From Takakia lepidozioides (taxonomy: Eukaryota; Plantae; Bryophyta): a DNA stretch of 64,000 nt. Location: positions 52,390,001 to 52,454,000 of the forward strand of contig CM060731.1 in NCBI GenBank assembly GCA_030704615.1, given 5' to 3'. Positions 25,619 to 38,300 of the stretch are shown here, one piece after another; position 1 is the first letter of the stretch, and each line of letters begins with the position of its first letter. The translations under genes were made by a program, and so were the position numbers. The notes under the pieces are model-generated. The model did not search any database, was not told the origin of the DNA, and saw only the letters and a program-made list of their open reading frames with translations.

Positions 25619-28443
25619 GCAAATGATTTTGATTCACTGTTTCATTCCTATCATTAACCCAATTGGAAACTCTCTCTCTGTCTTCGTTTCCTTAATCTGC
25701 TCCTTCTTGAGCTTTGAATATCTCTCTATCGATATTTCTCTTGATAGACCAGAAACTAATTCTCACATCGAATTCTTATCTGTTTCATTTATGCGCATTC
25801 TCATCATCTCATATAGTCATGGTTCTTCAGTTTTTACACACGGAAACACATTCTCATTCCATCACTCCATTCTTCACACATACACAAAGTGAATTGCACT
25901 TCCTTTTTCTTCTTCTTCTCAGTCAGAAATCACAACACTGCAAGAACGCAGTACTAAATCTACCATTGTAGAATAACTCTATAGTTTATCTTCTACTCAC
26001 TCTACTCTCCCTACTCCCTACTCCCGGTCACGGCTCTCTGGCTCAATTGACACTTTCTGCTTCTCATTATCGCTTTATATAGCAGGGCACTTCAATAACT
26101 GTAATAACCGCTCAAACTCCTTCATCCATCCTTTACAATTATTCATCCATCTCTTCTATCATTCAGTCCAAGATAGACTATCGACTGTATACAAGATATC
26201 GAAGAACATTGCCTTATCGCAGCAATATCGAAGGTATCGCAGGCTATATCGATAAGAAAGATATTAAAAAGTTCTGAAAATTGTCATTCAGTCATAAATT
26301 CCTATTATTATACACAAACATAAGGAGATCTTCTTGTAGTGATAATGGAAGTGAACACACAATGGAAACACTCCACTCATGAATCCATTCAATCACATAA
26401 ACTAAGTCAAGCCAAGGGCACCTTTGCTAAAGGAATCCACCCTACAAAGCCCTCACCACACTCCCTCTCAATACCTAGAGCTATGGAGGTGGGAGAGGCT
26501 CATGGAGGCTCAACTACAAGAAGATGAGCCCTCCTCAACACTCACAAGGGGAAAACCCATCCCCATGTCCCAAGTGAGGTTTGACACCTCACTTGGCATG
26601 TGAGACCAAATGAAGTCCCAACACACAAAATACAAATATAAATATCCAAAATGTCCTAGTTAACTAGAAGTAGGTAATTCTAGTTAACCATGACAGATGC
26701 TAAAATCGACAAAATTTTATGCATCGGGTACGTTTTCGCGGAAAGGAATGAATCTGGGCAAGTGTGAAGCTTTATGGCGGGCAATGTTGATGCCAAAAGA
26801 AACCACCATGGAAATAGTGAAGGATATTTTTTCTCATGACGACCTGAAGCAGGGTCCACGGTATTTGGATGAAGCATCATGTATAGAAGAGCCCCTAGAT
26901 CTCAATACCGCATATGTTGATCGTTTTAGCGAAGCAATTATTAATCAGGAACCGTACATTCCTATGTATCACGGACCCGTGAACGCTGATGTTTGTATTG
27001 CCTAACCTATGCTATTGAATATTCTGTGTAAAATTACCTATCTATCGCAAGGTAGTCTCATGGCGTTTTATGTTGTCATCTCTGAATTTTAGAAGATAGT
27101 GTAGTGAATATGCACACAATTGCTTGTACAGTAAGCTACACAAGGATTTGAAAAAATAATCGTTGTAGAAGGGGGTAAGAAAAAAGATAGTAGGAAGACG
27201 ACAGCTATTAAATGGGAGATGGTCAGGCGGCGAATTGCGGTAAGCAAAGTATATGTGTCAAGTGGTGGTTGCTAAGGGTGACATGTGGGGGGGCAACCTC
27301 TAGAAGGGTCACCTACCGCTTGAGGGGGTCCGGCCCACCGCCTTGAGAGAGAGGTATATAAAGGAGAAGAAGTGTGCTCTCTTTCACTGCCTCTTACTAC
27401 TTCCTAAGCTAGTACTAATTACTTACTACTAAGTTAGTACTACTAATTAAGTTAGTACTTAGTACCTAGCTTAGTGGGCTCTGCACACACAGGGCCCCAA
27501 AAAACCTGCAAAACATAAACCATAGATGTACTAATTAATAGAATAGCTGGCTGAGATGAATCAAGCCCCTTAGGGATAAAACTTCAAGTTCGTGTTCAAA
27601 ATAGTTGATGGTTCTTATGCGCTAAAGGGTGAGCGGTGACTGAAGCATTGTAGATGATGAGAAAGAAGGGTAGTTAGAGACCAACCAAGGTGGCGCCGTT
27701 GAGATTGTTGTAGACCAAAACAAATTGTAGACCAAGAGAACGCAACGTGGAGATGTAGAGCACTAAATACCGTGGATTGTGTGTGAGAATTAGTAATGGG
27801 ATTGGTCATTTAGCCACCGAGTGAATCTGATCATGGGTTAATATGAACACCATATATTATGAAGCAACGAGAGAAGTGGAAACAATAGATTTGTACACGG
27901 TGTCACCTGTCTTTGCGTAGTCATTGCATAGCGTGAACGCTGTAAGTTGTGAGACAGATCTCAGAATACTGAATATGTAGAAATAGCTCAAAAATGACGG
28001 CCCTGAGAGTGCATGACAGACTAGTTTAGAACACGATTGAAAATCAACCATTAAGGTGAAATCTAGGGAAATCTAGGGAAGCTTGGATCATATTAATTTC
28101 GTTGAACATGTTGTATATGGTATAGCTCAATGAGGGATGGCAAAGCACAGGTGCTTGGACGCGTGGCCTACACGGGATGGTATCTCGCGCAATCATGCAC
28201 AAATGAACACGGAGTCACTTAGGGGATGAAGCATGTGTTGAGTGAAAGTCGGGTGTGTCGCCCATGTCGTTTTCTCTTCCGTTGCAGCGGCATGATGCGG
28301 TCGCATTGGACTGACGGGGTGAGTGACCTTGTTTAGTTCTCCTGGTGGGAAGAGTAGAGCCCCACAATTTTACCCTATAGATCAACGTCAAGAACTCTGG
28401 GGATTCTCAATTCATCAGTAGTCTGTCATGGTTTTAGTCAAGG

Positions 28444-28805
28444 CACTACTACAAAGGGGGGGGAGCGGGGGGGTTGTTGCGACGGCCCAGCCGTCGCAGA
28501 TCGGGTCCAGGGAAGCCCAACCACGGGTCCAAACTGCGACGGCAGGGGGGTCGCAGACTCCACAGGAGCATGGCTTGGTGTGGTCCCCTTCTACGACTCC
28601 CAACAGTCGGATTTTGCAACTGCTAGTCCGTCGTAGACCTGCACCAGCAAGGCCTCCACCTTCAATCCCATGCGACCCCTTTCCGACACGCTCAGCGACC
28701 CCTGAGCCGTCGCAGATGGGGTCGTTGCGTGGACCCTGCGTGCAACCATCAATGGCCATGGGGTCGTAGTGGGGTGTCCTTCTTTGCCATCTGCGACGCC
28801 TAGGC
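28444..28805 (+). mobile_element. CACTA/EnSpm left end with subterminal repeats (fragment)
   Basis: Begins CACTACTACAAAGGGGGGGG, followed by repeated GCGACGG/CCGTCGCAG motifs. Confidence 0.7.
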
Positions 28806-28809
28806 ACAC

Positions 28810-31527
28810 CCTAGAATTGTTCCAGCAAACACCCCAACCCTACTTATCACACTAGTTCTTATGCTGACTTGCGTCTGCTTCCAACAGGCATTAACCTTTT
28901 TGCCTGGATTGTTCCACCATTGACTGGGGTCAGAACCGTATTCATTCCAGAGCTTCTCCACATCTCTATTATCTGTTTTTCAATACTTTCCTGTCGACCA
29001 CATTGGCAGTAACATGTCAAAATCACTCCAACACCACCATAGTTCCACCAACGAGCTCACTTGTAGAATTCAACATGAAAATTTAGGGACGACTCTGATA
29101 GCAGGGGAATTCAGGGCGAAATATATTGAAGAAGGTACCTTCATTAGCAGTGGGCCTTGTTCTATCAATTGTGCTGCTGCCATTGCTGTTTCCAGTTGAC
29201 CATCTACCCACTCGTAGCCGTTGTGCTATTGAAGAAGGTTGCCCCCCTTCCCCCATCATTTGATCATAGGTCTCCAAAGCCTCTATACCATGTCCCTACT
29301 GTGCATACCCTGCAAGCATCGCGTTCCATGACACCACATTTGGTTCAGCCATAGTGTTGAAAACTCCCTTTGCATCCTTAATGCACCCATATTTGGCATA
29401 GACGTCCACCAGGGGAGTGTTCAGGATGACATCTGGTACAATTCCAACTTTGACGATGTCACCATGGACCTCTTTCCCCTTTTCCAGAGGTCCCAGGTTT
29501 GCACACGCATTGCAAACATGCGTAAGCGTGATGTGGTTGGGCTTCACCCCTTTGCGCAGCATTTGCTCATAGGTCGCCAAAGCATTCCTACCACACCCAT
29601 GCTTGGTAAATCCTGCCAACATTATATTCCACATGATCAAAGATCGCTAAGGCATTATGTAGAAATATTGGCGAGCATCCATGGTGCTTCCGCACTTAAC
29701 ATACATGTTGACAAGGGTGTTGAGTAGAAAAAACATTAGGCATGAATCCACTTTGGATAATGTGAGTGTGCACCTGATTCCAGCTTCCAGACCTAGAGCC
29801 TTTGTCAGTCTACCTGCCTCACAAAGCATCTTCACATGCCCCGCAGAAAAGGCATTGTGGGCTCTCTCTCTTGATCCTCTTTCAGAAGCTGCGGTCATGG
29901 TTGAGGACGTGCGTGATTTTATCAACTGTGTCGCTACAGCTGTTGCCTTTAGTTGACCATCTACCCATTTAGGTTTCTTGTAGCTATTGATCCATATGGA
30001 ATCACAGGTAATCTGGAGCTTGAAGTCCAGCCCTCTTGGATGAATCTGGACCCACACTCTATCCCTTCTTCTTGAGCTATCCATGCCTCTGCACAAATCA
30101 TGCATTCATCTTTGCCCTTGCTGCTAGCAGCTGACATTGACAACCTAGGAAACACCCAATCACACTAGTTTCTATGCTGAATTGCGTCTGCTACTCTTTG
30201 TCATCTAATAGGCATTCAACTTTTTGCCTCGGTTGTTCCACCATTCACTGGGGTCAACAAAGTATTCATTCCACACCTTCTCCTCATCTCTGTTATCTGT
30301 TTTGGATACTTTCCTGCTGCCACATCGGCAGTTACTTGTCATAGTCATTCCAAACCACCACAGATCCACCCAACGAGCTAACTTACAGAATTCAATATGC
30401 ATCTCAGGGCCGAGTCTGATGAGAGGGCAAAACAGGCTGAAATAGGTCAAAGAAGAAGGTGCCCTCACCACATTGTCCTTGACAACTCAATATGTAAATT
30501 CAGGGCCGAGTCTGATGAGAGGGAAAAACAGGCTGAAATAGGTCGAAGAAGAAGGTGCCCTCACCACATTCTCCAAGGCCTCCATACCACGCCCCTGCTG
30601 TGAACACCCTGCAAACATCGTGTTCCACGTGATGAAAGATCGTTGAGGCATTCTGTTGAACACTTGGTGAGCATCCATGATGCTCCCGCACATAACATAC
30701 ATGTTGACAAGGGTGTTGAGTAGAAAAATATTTGGCGTGCACTTTGGATAATATGAGTGTGCACCTGCTTTCTAGCTTCAAGGCCTTTCATCTTGATGCA
30801 CTTATGCAAGAGACAGACATACGTATCTGAATATGCTGAAATGCCTCCTTGGTTTAAAGTCAGTAGAGCCTCTTTCAGTCTGCCTGCCTCACAAAGCATC
30901 TTCACATGCCCATAAGTGCCAGAAGAGGCATTGTGGACTCCCTCTCTTGATTTTCTTCCAGAAGCTGTGGTCATGGTTGAGGTGCCCTGACTTTATCAAC
31001 TGTGCCGCTGCAGCTGCTGCCTTTGGCGATGCAACCATGCACCTCTTTGCATCTGGTAATCTGACAAGCATTCACCTTGGTACGATTTCAGCTCTGAGCC
31101 CTTTTCCAAAGCTGCCAGGGCAGTGTTCAGATTGACATTTGGTACAATTCCAGCTTTGATGATATCCCCATGCACCTTTTTGCCCTTCTCCAGGCCAGCT
31201 GCCAGGCATGCACAAGCTTTGCAAATGCACACAAACATGATGTGCTTCCCCCATCATTTGCTCATAGCTCTCCAAAGCCTCCATTCCACATCCCTGCTGT
31301 GCATACCCTGCAAGCACATCATATCGCACTCCACGACACCACATGTCATCCAGCCATAGTGTCGAACACTCCCTTTGCATCCTAGATGCACCCACATTTT
31401 GCAAACATGTCCACCAGGGTATTGTTCAGAATGTCATCTGGTACAATTCCAGCTCTGAAGATGTCGCCATGCACCTCTTTCCCCATTTCCAAAGCTGTCA
31501 GGGCAGTTGTCAAGTTATTTTACCACT
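28810..31527 (-). pseudogene. Scrambled tandem pseudogene cluster: PLS-class PPR repeats plus OSB-type PDF motifs
   Basis: PPR P-L-S text (LNTLVNMYVKCGS..DA, WNIMLAGFTKHGCGRNAL, LEKGKEVHGDI, VVSWNAMLAGYAQ) recurs 3 times. PDF motif halves WNEYFVDPSEWWNNRGKK (30221-30275) and HPRGLDFKLQIT..IWI...PKWV (29960-30045). Many stops, frameshifts and local duplications. Confidence 0.85.
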
Positions 31528-31529
31528 AG

Positions 31530-33787
31530 TGTGAAACTAGCTAGGAAATAGCTAGCTTTTACATATTGACATTTGGGATTGGCCCAAGTGTCAATCCAGG
31601 GGTCAAGGCAGATTTAGGCCCTGGAGTGGTTATTTTCACGGCAAGCGCGGGAGGCTCATCTTTCTCGAGTTGAGCCTCACCACGCCTAGCTATGGCGCCG
31701 TAGTGTGGATTCCCCATGGCGTGGGGTGCACTTGGCTTGACTTGTATTTGAGTGATGAGGTTATATATGCATGAGTTTATGCTTCAGCTTTGTGAGCTCG
31801 CATGAGCTTGTGCTTGTATTCTTCTTCTTTATCACTCGAGAAAGATGAGCTCGTATCTGTGAGTGCCAGATACGAGTTAGTTGTAGCACTTGTGGTTTTT
31901 GCTTGAGAATGAGAGAAACCAGGTTGTTATGCAAGGAGCACCGTGGAGCTCTTGGTTGTTAGAAGCGGAGGCGATGTGGGTTACGAGGTGGTAGACCTTG
32001 GCATTCGATCTTCAGCTTCAGAGATGAAAGCACCATGCTGCAGGTAATTCCAAAGCACCTTGATGGTTTCAGATTGTGTACATGCATGAGCAAGCACGAT
32101 TGGGAAGAGGACCAGTCAAGAGCAGGTTATAGTGGCTTTGGTGGCAAAGCTGAGAACTGGACTTGGGAATGCGAGCTTTCATTGTGTGAAGGATTGCAAG
32201 ACCAAACGAAAGTGCTGATTTGGCTTGGGGCAAATCAGTGCACTTTGTGGAGTATGGTGAGATTGGGTTTCAATCTCGAGCTTCAGCATTGAGAGGGCTC
32301 TTGTCATGGCGAGAGCAGGGCTGGAACAGGAGCTAAGAGGTGCGGCAAGGCCATGGAATATGCACCTAGGGTTTCAGAGCTTGGAAGAAGAGCTCTTGCA
32401 CCACAAGAGGAGTGTCTTGTGGCTGGAAATGTAAGCCTTAGGGTTTCAGGAGCTTGGCAAAGGTTGTGGAGTACTTAGTCTTGTCTTAGAGAGCATCAAT
32501 GAGCCAAGGAGCCAAGATAGGGGCTGATACCTCTTGTGTGAAGAGGTTACATGTGTGGAGTATATATTCAGCTCATTGAAGCTTCCATCTTCAAGCTTGG
32601 AGGGCAAGCAAGGAAGAGGGAAGGGGCTGGTTTCCCTGTAGGGCATGTGTGGAGCATGCTTCCAGCCCGCTGAAGCTTGTATTTTCAGGTTGGTGGGTGC
32701 AAGAAAGGAAGCAAAGGGGCTGATTCTCTTGTGGTGAGAGTGGGGCATGTGTGGAGCATGCCTTCAGTCCATTGGGCTTTTGTTTTCAAGCTTTAGAGAA
32801 TAGAAGGTAAGGGACTGATCTGCTCTTATGTGACAGTCCGACACTTGTAGAGCGTGTTCTTAGTTGGGGTTTTAACCTCAAGCCTAGATAGAACATGGCT
32901 CTTGAAGTGGCAGATGTAGGGGGCTGGAATAGGCTCTAAGACAGATGCTATGGCCAAGGAAAACGCTTGAATGAGTGCTCACAAGGGCTGGAAACCAGCA
33001 AGGCTTGGTTGTTTGCCATTGAGTTTAGTGGCGTGTTTAGGGAGTCTAAGTGAGAAATAAAGCTTGGTTTGTGGCAACCATCTTCCTCATGGCTTAGGGC
33101 TACTATTGGTGGTGTGTGGGAGCCGAAAGAGCAAGAATACCTTGCTGATTTCTTCACAGCCGCCATAGCTCAGTGCAAAGAAGCCTAGAGTCCAAGAGAC
33201 ACAAACCCTAGCTTGGCGTGGCTAAACCCCTTGGAGAAATGGTTAAACAATGAGTGGCCTGTGGGGCTGTGACGGGCTGTGACACGTTGTGATGGGCTGT
33301 GAGGGGCTGTGACAGGTTGTGGCAGGCTGTGATAGGCTGTGCCATGTGGCCTATGGGGCTATGACGGGCTGTGAGGGGCTGTGACAGGCTGTGGCGAGCT
33401 GTGACAGGCTGTGATGGGCTGTGACAGGCTGTGCCCTGTGGCCTATGGGGCTGTGACACGTTGTGATGGGCTGTGAGGGGCTGTGATAGGCTGTGGCCTT
33501 TGGGGATGTGACCCCTGTGACCTGTGTAGGGCTGTGACAGGCTGTGCCCTATGGCCTGTGGGGCTGTGATGGGCTGTGACCCTGTGACCTTTGTAGGGCT
33601 GTGATAGGCTGTGCCTGTGGCCTTTGGGGTTGTGATGGGCTGTGATAGGCTGTGACCTGTGGCCGTGGGGGCCGTGACAGGCTGTGACATGTGGCCTTTG
33701 GGGCTGTGATGGGCTGTGACAGGCCCTGGCCTATGGGGCTGTGACCCTGTGACCTGTGTAGGGCTGTGACATGTTGTGGCCTGTGTG
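31530..33787 (+). mobile_element. Second member of the DNMT-element family: left part of putative LTR
   Basis: Reverse-complement similarity to 26340-26690 and 20800-22100 (e.g. cttggcttgactt; gcatgtgtggagcatg). Interrupted at 33788 by the gypsy insertion. Confidence 0.55.
33255..33787. repeat. Degenerate GGCTGTGA minisatellite
   Basis: Dozens of ~8-10 bp units gggctgtga(c/t). Confidence 0.9.
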
Positions 33788-34770
33788 TGTTAGAGGACTG
33801 TCGGGGACTTAGACACTTATACGGGATCTGTAGGGTACCCTTAATTTTTGCACAGACTGAGACCAAGAGGAACCTTAGGGGTGACAGCAGCGCACTGTAG
33901 AGGGGGGTTACACAGCCCAACACAGTCGTCACAGTCGTCACAGCCAACACAGCCAACACAGCCCGTCACAGTCGTCACAGCTGACACAGCCAACACAGCC
34001 AACACAGCCCGTCACAGTCGTCACAGCCGACACAGCCCGGCACAGCCACACAGCCAGTCACAGCCCGACACAGCCAAACACAGTCGCACAGCCAGTCACA
34101 GCCCGTCACAGTTTCACACAGCCAGTCACAGCTTGACACAGCTGTCACGATCATAGGGAACGAAGAGTAGGACAGGGAACGACTGTGGGGAACAACACCT
34201 GCGAAGGGAACATGTTAGTTCACAGACGACGGTTAGTGAGGGAAACGGTTAGAACCGCGGATAGGAAAATAAAGGGAGAAACGGGGAATTGAGGGATCAT
34301 TCGGATGAGGACTTCTTGGTGATAGAGGAGAGGGGATCGGGTAGAGATGAGGAACGGAAGTGAAGATAGAGAGATGATGAGTAGATGCTTGATATAGGCA
34401 AGGCTGTAATGATATTGTAGAGCAGATTAGAGACACAATGGCTTCGGCCTGATACCTGATAAATCATAATCGGATACTTTTACGATACAATCACACTGTG
34501 TAGAGAGATCTGAGTGAAGCTGTGAAATGAATGGATGAGCTGATGGAATCCAATAGATTGATAAAGCAAAGTGATACTTAATTATCAATGGTAAGATAGC
34601 TAACATGAATACCAAAAGGAAAACAAATAGGAAACACCCCCATGATACACTAGCTGTAGGTCATGACTGATTGTTCTGCGCGGGCTGAGTACTTAGAGAT
34701 TTCCAACTCTTCTATCTTGGAGTTTCCGCCTCGAATAGCGAAGGGATGGGTGAGTAAAAGCCGCGCGACA
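33788..34770 (+). repeat. 5' LTR (contains CACAG-rich minisatellite)
   Basis: TG...CA ends; matches 46058-47102. Confidence 0.95.
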
Positions 34771-35358
34771 TTTGGCGACCATACTGGGGAACTGGGACAT
34801 GAACAACCAGATGTGACAGGCATCTGGTGGGATCATGGTGGATGGACCATTAAAGAATTTGAAGTGAATCAAATTCCCTATGGAACGAAGGAAGAAAGAT
34901 TGTCCAAACAATTCTTTCAAAGGTTCTTGGAATTGCCAGACGGTTGTAAAGAAAATATTCTTAAACGAGTGCATGATGCTGATCCAGAATGGGATCTGGA
35001 GAAAGGAGTGATAAAGATTTATCAGGTAGCCTGTAGAGGAAGAACACGTTGGTTACCAACATTGGTTTATGTGATAGCATTGCTATCCATTAAACGAGTA
35101 GAGTTTGAAGGCTGGGAAGAAAGAAAGGTGAATGTTTATACTCATATGCATGAAGAGCTGGTACTGGTAAAGAATTGGATTCCAAAGGATATTTTGTGGA
35201 TCAAACTCACACCAAGAACAGCTTTTCAGACTTGTTTGCCATATGGTTATATGGTAACGGAGACTTCAAGTATAGCCAAGGGTGCATTGAAGCTTGAAAG
35301 AAACCCAGGCATATACGAGAGATATTACAGAAGAGAGTTTTGGTTATTGCCACATTAA
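34663..35358 (+). CDS. Extra ORF upstream of gag, unknown function
   Basis: 231-codon open frame starting in U5 and stopping 21 nt before the gag ATG. The true start is uncertain. Confidence 0.5.
   Translation: MTDCSARAEYLEISNSSILEFPPRIAKGWVSKSRATFGDHTGELGHEQPDVTGIWWDHGGWTIKEFEVNQIPYGTKEERLSKQFFQRFLELPDGCKENILKRVHDADPEWDLEKGVIKIYQVACRGRTRWLPTLVYVIALLSIKRVEFEGWEERKVNVYTHMHEELVLVKNWIPKDILWIKLTPRTAFQTCLPYGYMVTETSSIAKGALKLERNPGIYERYYRREFWLLPH
34773..34790 (+). promoter_or_regulatory. Primer binding site
   Basis: TGGCGACCATACTGGGGA begins 2 nt after the LTR end and resembles Athila/Tat/Ogre-type PBSs. Confidence 0.8.
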
Positions 35359-35379
35359 AAGAAATGAAAGACATGGGAC

Positions 35380-38300
35380 ATGAGTGATGAAAGAGAAGCT
35401 AGACGACAGAGATATTCAGCAAAAAGAGAAAGCTATCTGAAAGCTAATTATCCATATCTTTGGGAGAGAGGAATAGACATAGGGGAATCATCTGGACCTC
35501 TCACACCATCAAGATCAAAGAGTGCATCACCTATACCGGAAGAACTAGAGTTGGATGCCACTCCTTCTATTTCTTTGCAAGAAAGATTAAGGGAATTGGT
35601 ACAGGAAGAAGATCAATCACGAGGTGAAAGATCTGAGGTACATCCTTGGATGACTTGACAGAAATCTTTGATAAGAGTTGGCATGGAACACCAAAAGCAG
35701 GAACTCCAGTTTCTGAAGCAGAAGATGAAGAAGGAGAAGAGGATGTGGCAGAGCCAACGGAGAGTTCAGACTCTCCAACACCATTACAGTTGAGTTACAT
35801 GAGTGAAGAAGAAACCCAAGGGCAGAACTTGGAGGATGAAAACAGAGAGAAGAAATTAGAAGAGGAAGAATATGAAGAAGTAGACCCAACAGCTGAGGTT
35901 GAGACTACAACCAGGACATCCCAACCCGTTGGACCTGGATCAAGTGGAGCACTTGGATCACAGGCCAACGAAGGTGTCGGCTCAGGGGGATCAGGCGGGC
36001 TGCCTGGATCTGGCTCTAGGGGGACAGGGAGTGTGGGAAGTAGTGCAACTGAAGCTGGGAATACTGTGAATATCGTGGGGCCAGAAGCAAGGAGTGCTCA
36101 AGGGCCACCACTTGGTGGAAGATCCACCACAAAAACAACAGGTCCAGAAGGACCAGCACCAGCAAGGGTGCCAGCACCTGTCAGTGGGCAGAAGGTAGGG
36201 CCACAGATGGCGTTACAACCAACACGGGCAAAACCACCCTTTCCAATATATTCAAGAAAAGGGGATCCCGATGTACACATTAGCCAATTTGAGCACATGT
36301 GTATAGTGAACAATGAGAATGGCGATGATGCCAAGATGAGACTGTTTCCTTGTTCACTTATCAAGAAAGCAAGTGAATGGTATGCAAGATTCCCTGATAA
36401 TCATTTCCTAACCTGGAATGGCTTGAATACAACATTTCGAAATAGGTTCAGGACAAGTAAAACTGAGGATGAAGTGTATGGAAGTTTACAACAGCTGAAG
36501 CAGAAGAAGCATGAAACTGTTGAAGAGTATATGGAGAAGATGGAATTGATGATGAAAAAGCTGGCTGCAGTACCAGCACCCGGTTACAGAAGACTTGGTT
36601 TGTGAGTGGACTAAGACCAGAGTTGCAAAAGAAAGTGGATATGTTACCCCATAATACAGTGGAGGAGGCATTTGAAACTGCGAACAGAATTGAGCAATTG
36701 GGAATGCTCAGGAGAGAGAAAAAAGAAGATGAGGACTCTGAGGATGAGTCAGATGAAGAAGAAGAGCAAGAACTAAAAAGAAAGAGTAAGAGAAAGGAGA
36801 AGTTGAAGAGGGATAACTATGAAAAAAAATTGGAAGAAATCTTGAAGAAGTATGCCACAGAGGCTGCAACACATTGGAGGAAGGGTGTATGGTGTGCAAA
36901 GTGCCAGAATGAAGGCCATACCACCACAGAATGCCACATGAAGGAGAAACACTGTACTATCTGTAAAATGGATAACCATTCTACTGAGAATTGTTACTAC
37001 AACAGAAGGACAGCTGCAAGAGAACCTAGGCAAGTAAGGGTGCATCAGGTGCAGCCCCAGCCAAGAAGAAACAATGATCAGGACCACTATGGTAGGTCTG
37101 GTGGTTATAACAATGGCATGGAAGGGAGAGGTAATTCAAGAGGGAATTACCAAGGAAATTCCAGAGGCAACTATCAGGGTAATCCAAGGGGGAATTACCA
37201 GCCCGGGAATCAGGATTATAGAAATAATCCAAGACCAGACCAAGGGCGAGGACCCAATGGTGAAGAGCTATGTTACTATTGTAATCAGCCAGGACATCGC
37301 AAGGCAGCCTGTTCATTCTGGATAAGACACCAGAATGAGATGAGAGCTCCTGTGAATGAGGGCCCAGTGGTGGCAGCTCACATGGTTAGGCCATGTGTTG
37401 TACCAGAAGTAAGTACAATGATAGTAACAAGAAGTAAAGCCAAACTAATACCTCCAGTAGAAGAGGAAGAAGATGAGACTGGAAGTGGCAATGATATGCC
37501 TGAAGATGAAGAGACTTGGAAAGATGAGAAGGAACTGCACAAAGAAGTGGCAGATACTATAAGGGAAATGCAAAAGAGTACTGATATTCCTGTGGCAGAT
37601 TCCTCTGATTCGGATGGAGAAAAAGAAAGGAGTGAGGAAGAAAGGAAAAAAGAAGATGCAGACATGCAAAGTAATGAAGAGACTTTGGCTGAAGTAATAT
37701 GTCAGACCAAAGCAGAAATTACCATTGGACAGCTATTAGCTGTGGCACCTTATTGTAGGCACAGGCTGTATCAAGCAATCAATCGAATTGCCCAAGAGAC
37801 AGGAAACACAGACCTGAACAGCAAGGTGACCAGTTATAATGTGAAGCCGGAAGGGCGAGAACCAGTCATGGACTTTGATGATTCTATGCCAGTAATCCAA
37901 TTGAGAATTGGAAGCACAGAACTAACTGATGTACTGATAGATGGTGGTTCTGGAGTAAATATCATGACAGACCAATTAAGGAAGAAGCTTGGTCTAAGTA
38001 ACATGAAACCAGCCCCATTTACAGTAACAATGGCAGATCAAAGAAGTGTACAGCCATTGGGATTAATAAGAGGAGTTAAGATACAGATACAGAAAATGAT
38101 CTTTATGATCACAGTAACTGTATTAAAAATGGATGAAGTCATGGAGGCTTACTCCTTATTATTGGGACGTCCGTGGCTGAAACAGGCCAGGGTATTCCAT
38201 GACTGGAATTCTCAGTTACTAACCGTGCATAATGGGATACACGAGATACAAATTACCACAAAGAAATCTAGTAGATTACCTGCTACAAGAAGACCTCGAG

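Larger units (their letters stand above)
22117..26315 (-). mobile_element. Nested AT-rich LTR-like element(s) without visible gag/pol
   Basis: A ~75 bp terminus TGTA.AATAAAACTAAGATCAATC...GGGAAAGCAC is repeated at 22117 and 24853. A TG...CA bounded block at 22117-22798 is preceded on the minus strand by a short PPT-like GGGGGCGC. TATA-like ctatataaagc near 26075. No TSD found. Confidence 0.5.
19683..26690 (-). mobile_element. Putative long (~2.8 kb) 5' LTR of the DNMT-carrying element, interrupted by nested DNA at ~22117-26339
   Basis: 19683-22116 and 26340-26690 are reverse-complement homologous to 47103-47786 and 31530-33200. The putative ends TG..AACTAG and GCCGCAACA|GGTTCTCT are conserved in both copies, and gag starts ~85 bp after the latter. 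Confidence 0.55.
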
